From Chrysomallon squamiferum (taxonomy: Eukaryota; Animalia; Mollusca), in NCBI GenBank assembly GCA_012295275.1, contig CM022677.1:1550001-1614000 (forward strand): a stretch of 64,000 nt of DNA, read 5' to 3'. Of the stretch, positions 18,340 through 31,559 are shown in pieces. Positions within the stretch are counted from its first letter, which is position 1. Every line of letters starts with the position of its first letter. A program made the position numbers and the translations under genes. The notes under the pieces were generated by a model, which saw nothing but the letters and a program-made list of their open reading frames with translations, made no database searches and was not told the origin of the DNA.

Positions 18340-18900
18340 TATCTCTAACTCTGACCTGAAACTATTTTCCACACTACCGTAATCCTAAGTCTAACCCAAA
18401 CAATAACCCTAATCTTAACCCTAACCTAACCTAACCTAACCTAACCCTAACCTAACCCTAGCTCAAATTCTAAACCTAATCCTAACTAAGTCCACAACGT
18501 GGATTTTTACATTAACGCTCCTCCTAATGGTGACCCTAAAATTATTTTGCATATTATCGTAACACTGATAATAATCTTTAAATAAACATCACCTTAACCC
18601 TTACCCTAACCCTAAATTAACCCTAACCCTAACCTTAATCCTAACCCTAAGCCTAACCCTCATCCTAAAGCTAACCAGCGCCGAACTTCTAAAGCTAATC
18701 TTACTCAAGTCCCGATCCTTGGTTCTTAACGCTACTTCTAATCGTGAGTCTAAAATTATTTCCACATTATCATAACCTCATACTAAAATTTACATAACCC
18801 GAGCTCGAACCCTAACCCAAACCTTAAGCCCTAACTCTGACGCTAAAGAAGTGCCTAACTTTAAATCTTATGCAAAGTCTATTTCTAACCCTGACCCTAA
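18340..18900 (+). repeat. Degenerate (CCCTAA/CCTAA)n telomere-like tract
   Basis: Clusters of AACCCT/AACCT units (18410-18485, 18590-18675, 18800-18900) in a loose higher-order repetition. Confidence 0.75.
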
Positions 18901-19300
18901 AACTATTATTAAGGTTATTTTATAGATTTTACTTTTTAGTCATTTGACCTACTTAAATATTGTTGTTTTTTTTTGTTGTTTTTTTCTTGCAGGTTGGAGC
19001 AAACTTTGAGATGAACATCGAGAAGAAATGTTTTAATTAGTTTTTTTATTATGGTATTTTTTCTTTACTTGTTTATACATTTTGCCTGTGTGGAGTCTGT
19101 GGAAACAGATAACGTGTTTTCAGTTTAGTTAGGTAGTTAACGTGATTCAGTGTTTTTATTATTTATCGCTAACACGTGTTTCAATAACAAGCTGAACAAC
19201 TTTCAGTACAGAATCCAGTTATTCATAAGCAAAGAAATTTAAATAGATGAAACACAGGACATTAACAATATCAAACATAGAAAAATTTGATAATAAAGGA

Positions 19301-19347
<47 letters not shown>

Positions 19348-19737
19348 ATGAATTTTATTTCAAATATTTATAATTACATTAAACCATTAAACCAAGTTTT
19401 TCCTCTGTACCTAGTGTTATCTTGAATACAACAAAGGTTAAAGATTTATTTTAAGAAGTGTTTTATCTGGGTCAGTCACGCGGTCAGCAGATTGTTGGAG
19501 AGAGAAATATTTGATATCAGGTCTGTACTCTTATTAAATCACTGAATTGTCAGAAAATTAGTTACAACAGGGAAATTTTACTATTAGACATTCTGATTAT
19601 TTTCTGTTGTATAAGCCATACAGACCCGAATATTACTTTTTCTTATAAACAGTAACATTCAACTATGTTCATGATGTTTTCGCAGTCTGTAATAATTTTC
19701 GAATCTGGAAGAGGGGGAAGAGATAACGGCTGCTTGA

Positions 19738-19788
<51 letters not shown>

Positions 19789-20161
19789 TATACACACATA
19801 CATATATACAGCAATACATACAAACATGTGTGTATGTGTTTGCGAACTCATATTAAAATCACATGCTCACACATACATATACACACATATACATGCTTGC
19901 ATACAGGCAAGAAAGAAAAATTGTGTGTGTGTGTGTGTGTGTGTGTGCGTGCGTATTTGATTTAATATGAATTCTTAGGTTCAGTAAAGTAAATCGCTGT
20001 CAAGATATATGTAAGATAAAAATCACAAACGCACTGATTTGACCCAAAGTGAAAAAACGTCGACTGCTAGCTTATGATTCTAATTTACCTTAGAAAATGA
20101 AAACAAATAAATAAATAGACAGAGATATATAAAGCAGATCGACTGTTAGGAACTAAGGAAC

Positions 20162-20202
<41 letters not shown>

Positions 20203-20329
20203 GGAGTAATAATAAAAATCAAGAAGTTATAAAGAAGTAATAAATATTTTAATTTTCATTTTTTTACATTTCTTTTCTGGCAGTTTCACAGAAGTGAACG
20301 GTTTTTAAAAGTTACATACTGAAATTTAC

Positions 20330-20444
20330 ACACCGTAACTGAAATTTCATTCATGTTGAAAGGAAGATCAGAAGGTTACATAGATGCTGATACTGGGTAA
20401 GTCATCAGTTTAAAATTCAAACCATTGACCTCATAGGTAAAATT

Positions 20445-20527
<83 letters not shown>
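20330..20527 (+). repeat. Inverted copy of 22890-23100 (exon end VTEISFMLKGRSEGYIDADTG, donor and (CT)n)
   Basis: ACCGTAACTGAAATTTCATTCATGTT.AAAGGAAGATCAGAAGGTTACATAGATGCTGATA is the reverse complement of 23040-23100. GTAAGT donor at 20397. Confidence 0.9.
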
Positions 20528-20530
<3 letters not shown>

Positions 20531-21014
20531 GTAATAACAGTCATAACAGTATGATAGTAGTAGTAATAACAGTAATAACAGTAGTAGCTAACAGTAGAAG
20601 TATTGACAGTCGTAGAATTAGAAGTAGTTTTATCAAATATAGTAACAGTAGTTAAAGTAACTGAAGTACTAATAATAGTTTAGTGCTATTGATATTAGTA
20701 GTGGCAGTAAAGCTGTAGCAGCAACAGTACTATTAGCAGCTTTAGTAATAGTATTTTTAGTAGTAGTAGTAATAATAAATGTTGTAGCTGTTGTTGTTTG
20801 TTCTATTTGTAACAAGTTAACAGCAGTGAGAATGTTACAAACATGTTGTAGTAGCTGTAATAGTACAGGTAACAGTGGTTGTAATAAGTAACTATACAAA
20901 TACCACACCCCTCCCATTATTTAAACAAGCTCGGACCTCGATGTTGTATTTCATGTTAAAGAGAAAACATCAGTTTACTAAATAAGTCCATGGATTGTGA
21001 CTGAAATACCTCAC

Positions 21015-22045
21015 CTGAGTTTTATCTCCATCACGAGATGGTCAAAGTTATCTTCAAGCGGGTATGTTAGATCTCTTCAAGCGGGTATGTTAGATCACGT
21101 ATTTGTGTGTTTGTCTCGTAGAACTGAAACCTGGTTTCCACAGTAACACAGCCTCATTGTCATATCTTTGTTAAAAAATATCCAGGTAATAAAGCTGAGA
21201 ACTTTGGCCGTGACAAAACAGATTAGTAGGTCTTGTTTCGCTCACTCCAGTTTTAATAATAAGTTAATTATAAACAAACTGAACACAGATAACAACTATT
21301 TCAAATGGTGGTCATAGAACTTTTCGAATTTACAATAATACTATAATTAATTCAATGCAACTAAATTTTATTAGATTAAAATAATGACTCGGGTAACTTC
21401 AGACGATAAACATTTTTATTACAATAAAATTAGAATTTACAGAACAATTTAGCTTTTACATACAGCCATAGCAATAGTATTTGTATTAACATAGTAAGTT
21501 TTGCTTCAGTAACAAATAAAATGTTATCTGAACCAGATTCAAAATAGGTTATGCGGTGAATGGAGACTTGAAAAGCTATATAAATGAAAAAAATAAAAAA
21601 ATAAGTATGGAAAGGGAGAAGCACAAGAAGAAAAATCTCCTTTGTTCTTCAGAGAAACAAAATCTTATCTTAATCTCCTAAGATTTTTTTTTTTTTCTCT
21701 CTCTCTGGACGCTGTTAACTGAACAAAAGACGGAGATTTGACTTTGTCATTTCGACCTTTTCTTTCCTGGGAAAAAATATCTCTGTGTATAAATGTGTGT
21801 GTGTATACATTTTCCACAGGAAAGAAACGGTCGAAATGACAAATAACAGAAAGTAGCGGCAACCTATGTTAAAATAATTTACGTTTATTTTTGTAAATTT
21901 ATTGACAAGCACATTATCACCATATTTCATATAATAATTAATATCGGGAAATCAATTTAATTACACTGTCATAAAATAATAATTTTACTCAGTGATATTT
22001 GTTTCACACACAGACGCACACACACACACACGTATATGCAGGTGT

Positions 22046-22116
<71 letters not shown>

Positions 22117-22887
22117 AATTACACATATAAAAATAATAAAATTTATTATAATTTACAATTACAATTATGCTCGTAGTTTGCGTATATTTGTGGTGTTGTT
22201 TTATTTTTAATCATATCTCTCTTGTGGCAATTGAATGAACCTGACAGTGTCAAACATCCAAGAACTCCTCTCTTTCACGCATAGAAACAAACATTAAATA
22301 TCCCAAAGCATCCATGTTTGAAGCTTGTTGCCAACGGTGAACAAACCATGAATGTCAAATGCTAGGAGACTTGTTACCATGGAGAAAGTAAAACATTACT
22401 CAGTAAGAAAACATTATTATTCTCATTTCTATTTTTTGTTATGTTCACTTTTATGACCTATATAATAGACGTAGATGTCGTGCTAGTGGAAAACAACAAA
22501 GACAGGTGACGTCTTTATGAATGAAAAATAGGAACCTTGCACTAAGCTGTTTAATACAAAGTCAGTGCGACGTGTGACTATCTGAGTACGTGCCGAGCTT
22601 ATCAACACTGACGATGAATGTTCTGCTATCAGTAACATAAAACACATCTACTTAATCACTTAAGCGTTGTGACTTTTTTGAGAAACAGAGAGTATTAGAG
22701 TGTGGCTTTTGTGTACTTATTTACCAGAGTTATGTTATATACTCTAGAAAGAGAATACACAAATAAATGAATATGAGAGAGAGTGAAAGAAATCAGAAGG
22801 GAGCGGAACATGACATAAATAAATATTTGATTATAAATCATTTTTGAACACCTGCTGACATACATGCATACATACGCACACATACAC

Positions 22888-22985
<98 letters not shown>

Positions 22986-23940
22986 CTAATTTTACAAATG
23001 AGGTCACTGGTTTGATTCTTAGCCTGAAGACTGACCCAATATCAGCATCTATGTAACCTTCTGATCTTCCTTTTAACATGAATGAAATTTCAGTTACGGT
23101 GATTTTCGATGCATCAGGTCCTGGATACACTTTCAAAGTTGCCTAATTTGAAAATAAATGATTATTTGTTTTGTTTTGTTCAAACAGAGGTGGGTAAAAC
23201 TCCAGTAGACAGGAGACAAAGCAACACAATCAGTATTATTTGGTTCTCTTCTGTTTACAAAAGCTTTATACACTGGTAGAGTAGCTATTAGTTTGTACTG
23301 TTTCACGCTGTCGAGGTATACTGGTATTTTGACGTTGTCCTCTTCCGCACATTTAGATGGGTAACCTTTCTGTCTAAGTTTAGCTTTTTTGTCAACATTA
23401 ATTCGAGGCGAAGAGTTCAGACGGGGCAGATCACTCGTACAGTGAAGTTTACACTGAAGCATGTCCTGCGCGAGACTGCTGTCATTAATATCTAGACTGA
23501 CTGTGTCCAGTTCCACTCCATCAGATCCGTGAACCTGGATCTTTAAAATATACCAACCTCTTTCCAGAATTACTGATCCTTTCATCTCGGTACTGGAATG
23601 AAAAACATTCTAGTTATCTCCAGCTGTTTCTGGTGATATGGTGACAAGGGATCCCATTTTCTTCTGGTTTAAAACTGCTGTGATGTTTTCGGGATCGTTG
23701 CCATTGGAGTATCGTAAACTGGAGATTTCTACCGTGGTTGTTTTCTTCAGACAGAAGTAAAAATTAATGGTTTCGTAGCCTGTTAAAAACACTACCTTCT
23801 TTGACAAAGCGTTCGATCGAAAATGTATTCGGTGTTTATCTCGAACCTCGGAGGCTGGTAATGGGTAACTGTTGCTAGGACATAATCTACAGAACGCTAA
23901 AAGTAGAACGGTCTTCACAACGAACAGTTTTCCAAAGTTT
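21015..23940 (-). pseudogene. Decayed gene for an extracellular protein, probably cadherin-like (long exon 23036-~23940; possible further exon 21015-~21260)
   Basis: ORFs 23610-23918 and 23133-23585 are in one frame separated by a single stop, then frameshift to 23136. Hydrophobic N-terminus. Cadherin-reminiscent motifs YILKIQVHGSDG...LDIND, LDSVKQYKLIAT, YKAFV and YIDADIG, ending at a GT donor. Family assignment is tentative. Confidence 0.45.
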
Positions 23941-24099
23941 CCAAACTAGTTACGTATGATTCTTAGATGTTACATAAAAAGACAAAACAGGGCCCGGCTG
24001 CTGTAGCTCAGCTGGTTATTGTGCACGTCCAGGCAAAGAAGGTTCAGGTCTGTTTATCAACACACTGAAACACTTTCCATATAACTGAACATGCATTTG

Positions 24100-24430
24100 T
24101 TCAGTAGGGTGGAACCTGTCTTGACAATAGTCACACTGCCCATAGACGGGAATGGTGTGGTGAGCATAAGAACTGGTGCATCTGTCGCTGGACACGTGGC
24201 ATCTTTTCGTATGTTGCCTGTTCATTCTCGAACTGCCTTACATGCACGGTCGAAATGAAAGGCAAGCAAACCCAAAAATTCGATTAATGGTAGATTTAGC
24301 CGTGGACGGGTTATCGTATGGGGAGGTGTATCTGTGACTGTCAGTACACCCAATCCATAGCGTGCAAAGAAGAGACATCTCTGGGAAGTACTACCGAGGC
24401 AAGCGGAACAAACGCTGTGAACTGACCACT
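24100..24430 (+). mobile_element. Decayed Tc1/mariner transposase fragment
   Basis: Frameshifted translation PVLT/HTAHRREWCGEHKNWCICRWTRGIFS, GRFSRGRVIVWGGVS and PNP...HLWEVL matches Tc1 motifs (LT..H...R..WA..H..W....W..V.FSDE; GGGSVMVWG; LNPIE.LW). Confidence 0.7.
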
Positions 24431-24920
24431 GGGAGACTTGTGCGCAGTTTGCCTCCATTTTGTCCAACGATCTCCAGAAAACATTCTGCGATCAATCAGT
24501 GGACTTTTGTTATTTCTGTCAAATGTAGTGTTTACTGTTGTGATTAGAGTTTGACAATAAACACAGTTCTTCTAAACATGTATACAAATTAATTTAATTG
24601 AAATTCACACGATAAATGACATAATGGCTTTAACAAGGTCTGTATACAGTACTTTGCTAACAGCGCTTTTGTATTAGAAACAAAACATCGATGTATGTAA
24701 TTTGATGTTTAATTTTATGTTTGTGACAATAGCGTGGCATTTGAAAGTTCGATACTTTGCCGTTTTTTAGGTCGCTTTGCGATGAATTCAATAAAAGAAA
24801 GCATATGTGCGTCATACATATTTATATAGACCTCTGCTTTTGACATTTACTCTAAATGAGTGAATTCACTTAGGTGTTAACAGACTAATAATGTTCTTGT
24901 TCATTTAGCTGTGTAAAGGG

Positions 24921-25227
24921 CATAGGTTTTCAACCTAAGTGTCATGACCTCTAGAGGGCTCGCCAGACTTTTTTCTGGGGGTCGCGAGATCGTTCTTGAG
25001 CAATGGTATGTTTTAGTTTTTTCAACTTGACTTGGAAGGAGGAATAAATAAAAACGTGTAGATTGGTTTGGGACCCGTCATAGTGAATATAGATTCCTTT
25101 TGTACTGACTTTGGTTGATGAAAATATGGTAACACTACATATTATTGAATCAAACATTTTAAAGGGGTCTTCGCTCATACTGAGTTCCTCATAAGGGTCA
25201 AGGTATGATAAAGGTTGAAAACCAGTG
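24921..25227. mobile_element. hAT-type MITE (~307 bp)
   Basis: TIRs CATAGGTTTTCAACCT / AGGTTGAAAACCAGTG. Flanking 8-mers GTAAAGGG and GTATAGAG (6/8 match) are consistent with a decayed 8-bp TSD. Confidence 0.75.
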
Positions 25228-25446
25228 GTATAGAGTTACCTCCCATTAGTCATAGGCTTATTTGTCATACAGTGGCTAATTGTTGGCATTGAATTGATCG
25301 TATTTTATTCTTGAATTTACACCAGATATCCGAAGTAGAGTGATCCAGATTTTTTTCAAAGTTTTGTTCATAATAGATTATAGTCAGCTTGGGAAATCTC
25401 TCCCCATTTTCAAAACTCTTTTATAAAGTATATTTTTATCTTTATT

Positions 25447-25565
<119 letters not shown>

Positions 25566-26290
25566 AATTATATTTATAGGTTCTGATCTGGAATCCTGTC
25601 TCACAACATCTTTATGTATTACACGCTGTATGCAGAAAAGAAAAATATTACAGAAACTAAATAATAAAACTTGATATTTGTCTACATAATTTTTCTGTTT
25701 ACATTCTAAACACAAACTAAATGCAAAAATAAATGAAGTGGAAATTTATGATACAAAACAAATTTATTTGCATTTTGTTTATATACATAAACAAACAAAC
25801 AGTAAATTCGAAACATAATCTAATTTACTAACATATTTAATATAAATCTGAATGAAAGAAAATTGATAAATAAATCAAATAACAGTTCTTGTATTTCATG
25901 TCCAACAGTCAGTAAGTACATATATAATTTATCTACATTTTATTTTATATACATTTTAAAGCGAAATAAAAAAGTACAAATGAAGCAAGAAATAGTTAAT
26001 AATATTACGTTTTATATACAAACAACAAACATTAGAAATACTTAAATAAATAAATAAATACATAAATAAATAAATAAATAATAAAGCAATGAGATGTATC
26101 TGTTTGACACAAATCAGTCCATTATAAAATTTCAAATCAAAGGAACTGTCTATGACGTCATCACCGCTGTCTGACGTCATCAGAAAAACATAAACAAATC
26201 AATAAATCAATAAGTAAACAAATAAATAAATAAATACAAATATTAGGCCAGTGATGACTAAAAGTGACAGTGTTTGAACGATGTTGTTTT

Positions 26291-27546
26291 TTACACTAAA
26301 AATAACAAAGCAGGTATTTGTCCGTGTGTCACATGTGTACGAAGTCGTCTGTCACTGTGTTTAGATTTGTGTGACTCAGAAAATCTACAAACAAAAGAGT
26401 CTACAACAATTTCTGATTTACCTTTAACTCCACACAATGAGCGTTCTCCCTTAACATTAACAAACAAGCTGTACTCAGTGTCTTTAGTAATCTTCACTGG
26501 ACGTCTGAACACGACGTCATACACGTCAGACACGACGTGTTCATATCTCTGTGTCAGTGTAGACCCGTCCAGTATTTCGTCTGTTCTTGTGTCAGTGACG
26601 AAGGCGCTGACGTCGTAGTTTCGTGGTTGGTTGTAACCGTACAACTGAAATCCGCGAAGTAAAGCGTTTTTGTTGACAGAGAAAGTAATGGATTCATCTT
26701 CTTTACCAGAATATGTCAAGTAATCAAACAAACCAACACATAACCATACGAACCAAACCTGTTTATTGTAATCTGTGTTTTAGGAATCATTGCAGTTCTC
26801 TTGTTTGAGTTGAAAGGTGAAACATCTTCATCACTGCTCACCAGGTGTGTTCAAAATCTTGTTTTCTTCTGTGTCAGTGAGTATGTGAGTGGGTGTCACG
26901 TGTTTTACAAAATACGTCTGATCGAGTAATGGATAACGCACGTGCTTCACGACCTCTCCCAGTGCTTCGCGCATGTTTTTTTCATTCGTCTGTCTCCCTT
27001 GCTTCCTGCACGCGCTGTCAGCCCACTTCACAGCGGCTTCAAAAACATTTTTCTCGTCTGCTGTCAGTTCATCTGATCGTACGATCTCAACCAGACATTC
27101 GTGACAAAGATCGGTGACTTCATCTGACTTCAGAACTTCGTCGCCATTTTTTTCCAAAATGAAGTCCAGAGTTTTTTTTTCCTTAGATCATGTTCATCAA
27201 ACAGGTGAGCTTGTTCCAGCACGACGCACGCATTCCGTGACGACAACGACGACTCCAAATATTTCACGCACTGTTCTTCCAGTGTCGTGACGATGTACTT
27301 CCTCGATAGATACAGCAGACCGGTGACGTTGTCGCCTGTTAGGACGACGTCATCCGTGTAAAGATATCTGTGTAAAAGAAGTAGAGTAAGACTTTAAAAT
27401 GTGAGATAATTATGTGAGATTATTCAATTAGAAAATAATTATATTACTAACAAAAACTGTATTGTTATCAACGTTCGTGTCGGTTTGTATGTTTCGTTAC
27501 TCACTATGTTCGTACCTGTGTCTCTGTGTGTCTGTGTCTGTGTTTG

Positions 27547-27577
<31 letters not shown>

Positions 27578-27842
27578 TAACATACTTTAAAAACTCGGTA
27601 AAAATATCTGCCTGAACATCAGGCAAGATGATGCTGTTTTGTTCGCGAAGTTCTCCCATAATCATTTTGTGGAAGACATTGCTTCTGATCATCAGGATGA
27701 AGCGATGAGCTTCAACCATTGTTTGATCTTCCCCAACAATAAATCTGACGTCGCTGTCTGTTCTCGTACGAAAAACGTGTTCAATACACTCCGTTAGTGT
27801 TTTCCCTGTCTGCCAACTTGAAACTTCTGCTGAGGTGGCCAT
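26291..27842 (-). pseudogene. BTB/POZ-BACK-PHR protein (BTBD1/2/3/6 family), exons 27586-27842 and 26291-27367; frameshifted as assembled
   Basis: BTB: SDVRFIVG...AHRFILMIRSNVFHKM...PDVQADIFTEFLK|YLYTD across a phase-2 GTATG...CAG intron. BACK: VLKSDEVTDL...EKNVFEAAVKWA...VRYPLL. PHR: ITFSVNKNALLRGFQLYG...GQIPALLF. Frameshifts at the A9 run (27172-27180), ~26858 and ~26730. Confidence 0.9.
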
Positions 27843-28467
27843 GTTTTCTAAAAAATAAAAAATAATAATAATAATAAAAATAAAATAATAATAATAATAA
27901 CCTCATACGAAATATAATTTTAAAATGTTTCTAATACGAAGCCTCACATTGCAGTGATCAGTTTTCTATATTCACATCTAGCTATGACCTGTACATAGAA
28001 ATATTTCAAATACTAAACATTTTTATGTAAAAAAATAATCAACCTGAGATAATTTCTAACAATCGAGTACTTTCTGTTTAAGGCCTGTACTGTTCAACAC
28101 TGAGATCAGAAATCTAAAAACAAATAAATAAATAAAAGATAATGAAAGAAAGAAAACAAATCAGATAAATATATACCAAATCGATAAAAGATAAAAAGAA
28201 GTACATTATGCTTACACTAGTGATTATTATGATGACGACAACAACAATAATTATTATTATAATTATTATTATACCCAGACATATTTAACTGTGGGAGATA
28301 CGAATGTACATATAGTCATTTATACCAATTTACTCCTCGAAAAGACAAAATAATTAACCGACAATAACAAATCTAAAAGAAACACTATAAAAGAAAAAAG
28401 AATAATAAGTGAGGAAAATCAAGGAAAACGACGTGAAACTTTTCAAATATAAAACAATATAAAATAC

Positions 28468-28552
28468 CTTGTAATTTCAACTTCCTGATCGACAATTTCT
28501 TATAAGCGACTATTTTCTATCAACTCAGTTATAGATCACAGATGTCACCGAT
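28468..28552 (-). other. Putative 5'-UTR micro-exon (85 nt) of the BTB gene
   Basis: ttcttAG|ATCGGTGAC...ACAAG|GTATTT. The ATG-bearing exon has its own acceptor 5 nt upstream of the ATG (tttttAG|AAAACATG), so upstream exons are required. Confidence 0.55.
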
Positions 28553-28619
28553 CTAAGAATAAATGAAATAATATAAAAATAATATAAAGTAAGCGATATA
28601 TAGCAACAGGCGTGAATTA

Positions 28620-28651
<32 letters not shown>

Positions 28652-28706
28652 AAGGATAGCAGTAGTAATAGTAATAGCAATAACAATAACAATAATAATA
28701 ATAATA

Positions 28707-28749
<43 letters not shown>

Positions 28750-28899
28750 GCATATTAAAGTCAGGATATACATAACTTTTTACATTTCAATTAAAAAAAA
28801 AAAACGACACTTAAATAATTATTTGTTAGAGAACTAACTCTGATATATTTATAATAAATTAAGAACAGTGGAAGCGTCAACACATAATAAAATATAAAA

Positions 28900-29030
28900 T
28901 TTTATACACGTTCAATATGGCCGACTACTGTCAGTTCTGCTTTGTGTTCTTTTAGTTAGGAAACCCTCCACTGATAAACACGCGACTGACGTCAAATATC
29001 TTATACGTCATCAAGTGTTACGTTTCAGTT
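28900..29030 (-). promoter_or_regulatory. Proximal promoter-like block of the BTB gene (ATGGCCG YY1-like site, CACGCGAC, CRE TGACGTCA)
   Basis: Motif cluster conserved with 2470-2600. Confidence 0.45.
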
Positions 29031-29169
29031 TCAGATTAAAATAAACAAATCGTGCTACGAGATATATGTACACTGATCTTACATAAATCTTCTTTACAAT
29101 AAATTACATTTCAATAAATTGAATACTACAAGATGCCATTGTTTATACATAAGTTATAATGTAATAAAA

Positions 29170-29239
<70 letters not shown>

Positions 29240-30055
29240 AGAGCAACTACAACAAAATCAACATCATCAACAACAACAATAATAATAATAACAAATATTT
29301 TTTACAGTATACTGAATATAAGTGTGCATGTCTTGTTTCTCTGACGAGGCTTGCATGACCAGTTTCAATGTAATCTAACACTGACTGTTTGCTTGTTATG
29401 TAGGTCATATAAAAACAGCGTGTCACTGCTACACGAGACACACAAAGATATACTCGGGTGTTATTTACAGCGATTTGTCAAGTTAATTGTTAATACACAA
29501 TCTGTCCATAAGTGTAGAAATAACCCGTGAAAATAAGAAATTATTTACATTTGTCAGCGTTGTGAGAAGATGAACAATTTCAATAAAGACAATAAAGACA
29601 ACCAACTGACAAACTCATAAATAGAAAAAAAATTAAATTATATGAGATAATATTATCACATCTTCTACTTACATACACCAGATGGTGAGAAACATTTTAT
29701 AGTCGGTTCTAGCACATATGTTTTCATCTTTAAAAAGCCTCATGCTATAATGCTGTTTGTTACATGTATATCCAATAATGTTTATTCTTTCTTCTTCTTC
29801 TTTTTTTATTTTATTTTTTATTTTGTTTTCCCTTGTAGATGAAAACAAATGCAATAACATTTTATATACTGGTTAGAATGGGTGATAGATCAAAACGAAT
29901 GTTAGACAACAAGGAAGGAACGAATTAAGAAAGGAAGAAAGAAAGACTGAACGAAACACATGCAAAGAAATAAATAAGATATGTAATAATAATAATAAAA
30001 TTAAATTAAATAAGAACAATATAAAATACTTTGTAGTTTCAAAATAGATACCTAC

Positions 30056-30139
30056 CTGAAAAACGTCCTGATCGATAATTTCTTAGAAATGAATAATTCC
30101 AGTTGAACAACTCTGCTCTTGATCACTGAGATCAGGGAT
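30056..30139 (-). other. Putative 5'-UTR micro-exon (84 nt), paralog of 28468-28552 and 448-529
   Basis: ctatAG|ATCCCTGATC...TTTTTCAG|GTAGGT. Confidence 0.55.
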
Positions 30140-30154
30140 CTATAGATAAATCTA

Positions 30155-30197
<43 letters not shown>

Positions 30198-30601
30198 ATG
30201 AAAAGAATTAAAGTAATTTAAAGTAATCAGATCCACAAATATATAGCATAAGTAATAAATGAATCATTGAACTATATTTAGGTGATACTATTATTACTAC
30301 TACTACTACTACTACTGCTGCTATTATTATTCCATTATAATGACGATAGCTTTATTATTATTCCATTATAATGACGATAGCTTTATTATTATTGTTATTA
30401 ATTTTTTTTTTTTTATTATTAAATATTTTATCGATATTTCTTATAAATCTGTATGCTAGGTACGAAAAAAAAAGCCTTTAACAAAATTCACACCAAAAAT
30501 TTATAGCCATCACAAAATAAATAATAATTTCAATATGTCTGATTTGTTTTAAGCAAAGCAATAGTACAGCATATATTAAATGACAATAAAATATATAAGA
30601 C

Positions 30602-30760
30602 CTTCAGATTTCAAAATGGCCGACTACTTCTGTATAATGCGTCTTGTTTGTGAGTGGTTTTCCTAGAACTGACGCCTTTCTGTTTGACAAGATCACTTAA
30701 CACTTTTTGTGTTTTGCTCTTTACAAAGTCGCCTGTTGCTAACCACGTGACTGAAATTAG
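30602..30760 (-). promoter_or_regulatory. Putative promoter/first exon (YY1-like CAAAATGGCCG, E-box CACGTGAC, donor)
   Basis: Minus strand GTCGGCCATTTTGAAATCTGAAG|GTCTTA; CACGTGAC at ~30744. Confidence 0.5.
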
Positions 30761-31213
30761 ATATTGTACAAGTCACACCACGTATGTCGGTAGATACATG
30801 CAAATGTTTTATTATATACAATTTGTGTAAACCTGTTAAATAAAAAAAATTTAAAAAAAGAAGAAAAAGAAACAGAAAAAAGATCTTTATTTTGTCATTA
30901 CTTATTTTGTCTGTAAGATATTTATATTTATTTCTCACTCAGTATATTGATGAAAAGGTTATGTTAACAAGTGTCTGTTATGTAGGTCAGATAAAAATAT
31001 TGTGTCGGGTGTATTGGCGACAAGAAACGATCGTGAAAAAAATGCAATGTAATGGTGAATCAGAGTACACGGGACACTCATTTATTTGTATGTGTTATGA
31101 GTCAGAGCGATCTAAACACAGGTGTGACAGATACAACCTTTATTATGTTTAGTATAACAAAAATAGCTTTGTTCAAATACTAACACTTATACTCATCATT
31201 GTGGTAATATTGT

Positions 31214-31244
<31 letters not shown>

Positions 31245-31559
31245 TTTTATTTATTTATTTATTTGTTTGTTTCACTTTTTAATTTATATTTTAATTTTTT
31301 ATATATTTATTTTTTACTTTTTTTTATCTTTTCTTTTATTTATTTTATACCTCTCATACAGATTTTAAGAAATATAAAAAATGATACAATAATAATATAT
31401 AATACAACTAAAACAAGCTAATATAAAAAAATAAAAAAAAAAGTTTCCACAAAATTAATGTGTTAAACTACAGAAGTCATAAATAAAAAAATATTTGATC
31501 ACATAAATAAAAGTATATATTATTGTAAGAAACATAAGAAAACAAAATAGAAAAATAGA

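Noticed and set aside
23586-23612. Programmed stop-codon read-through joining the 102-aa and 150-aa ORFs
   Set aside because: A further frameshift and the lack of an ATG start indicate ordinary pseudogene decay.
23990-24065. tRNA gene (GCTGTAGCTCAGCTGGTTA looks like an A-box/D-arm)
   Set aside because: No T-arm GTTCRA or acceptor-stem pairing; the sequence runs into the Tc1 relic.
26274-27117. Plus-strand ORFs 26274-26618 and 26893-27117
   Set aside because: Antisense shadows of the BTB-BACK-PHR coding sequence.
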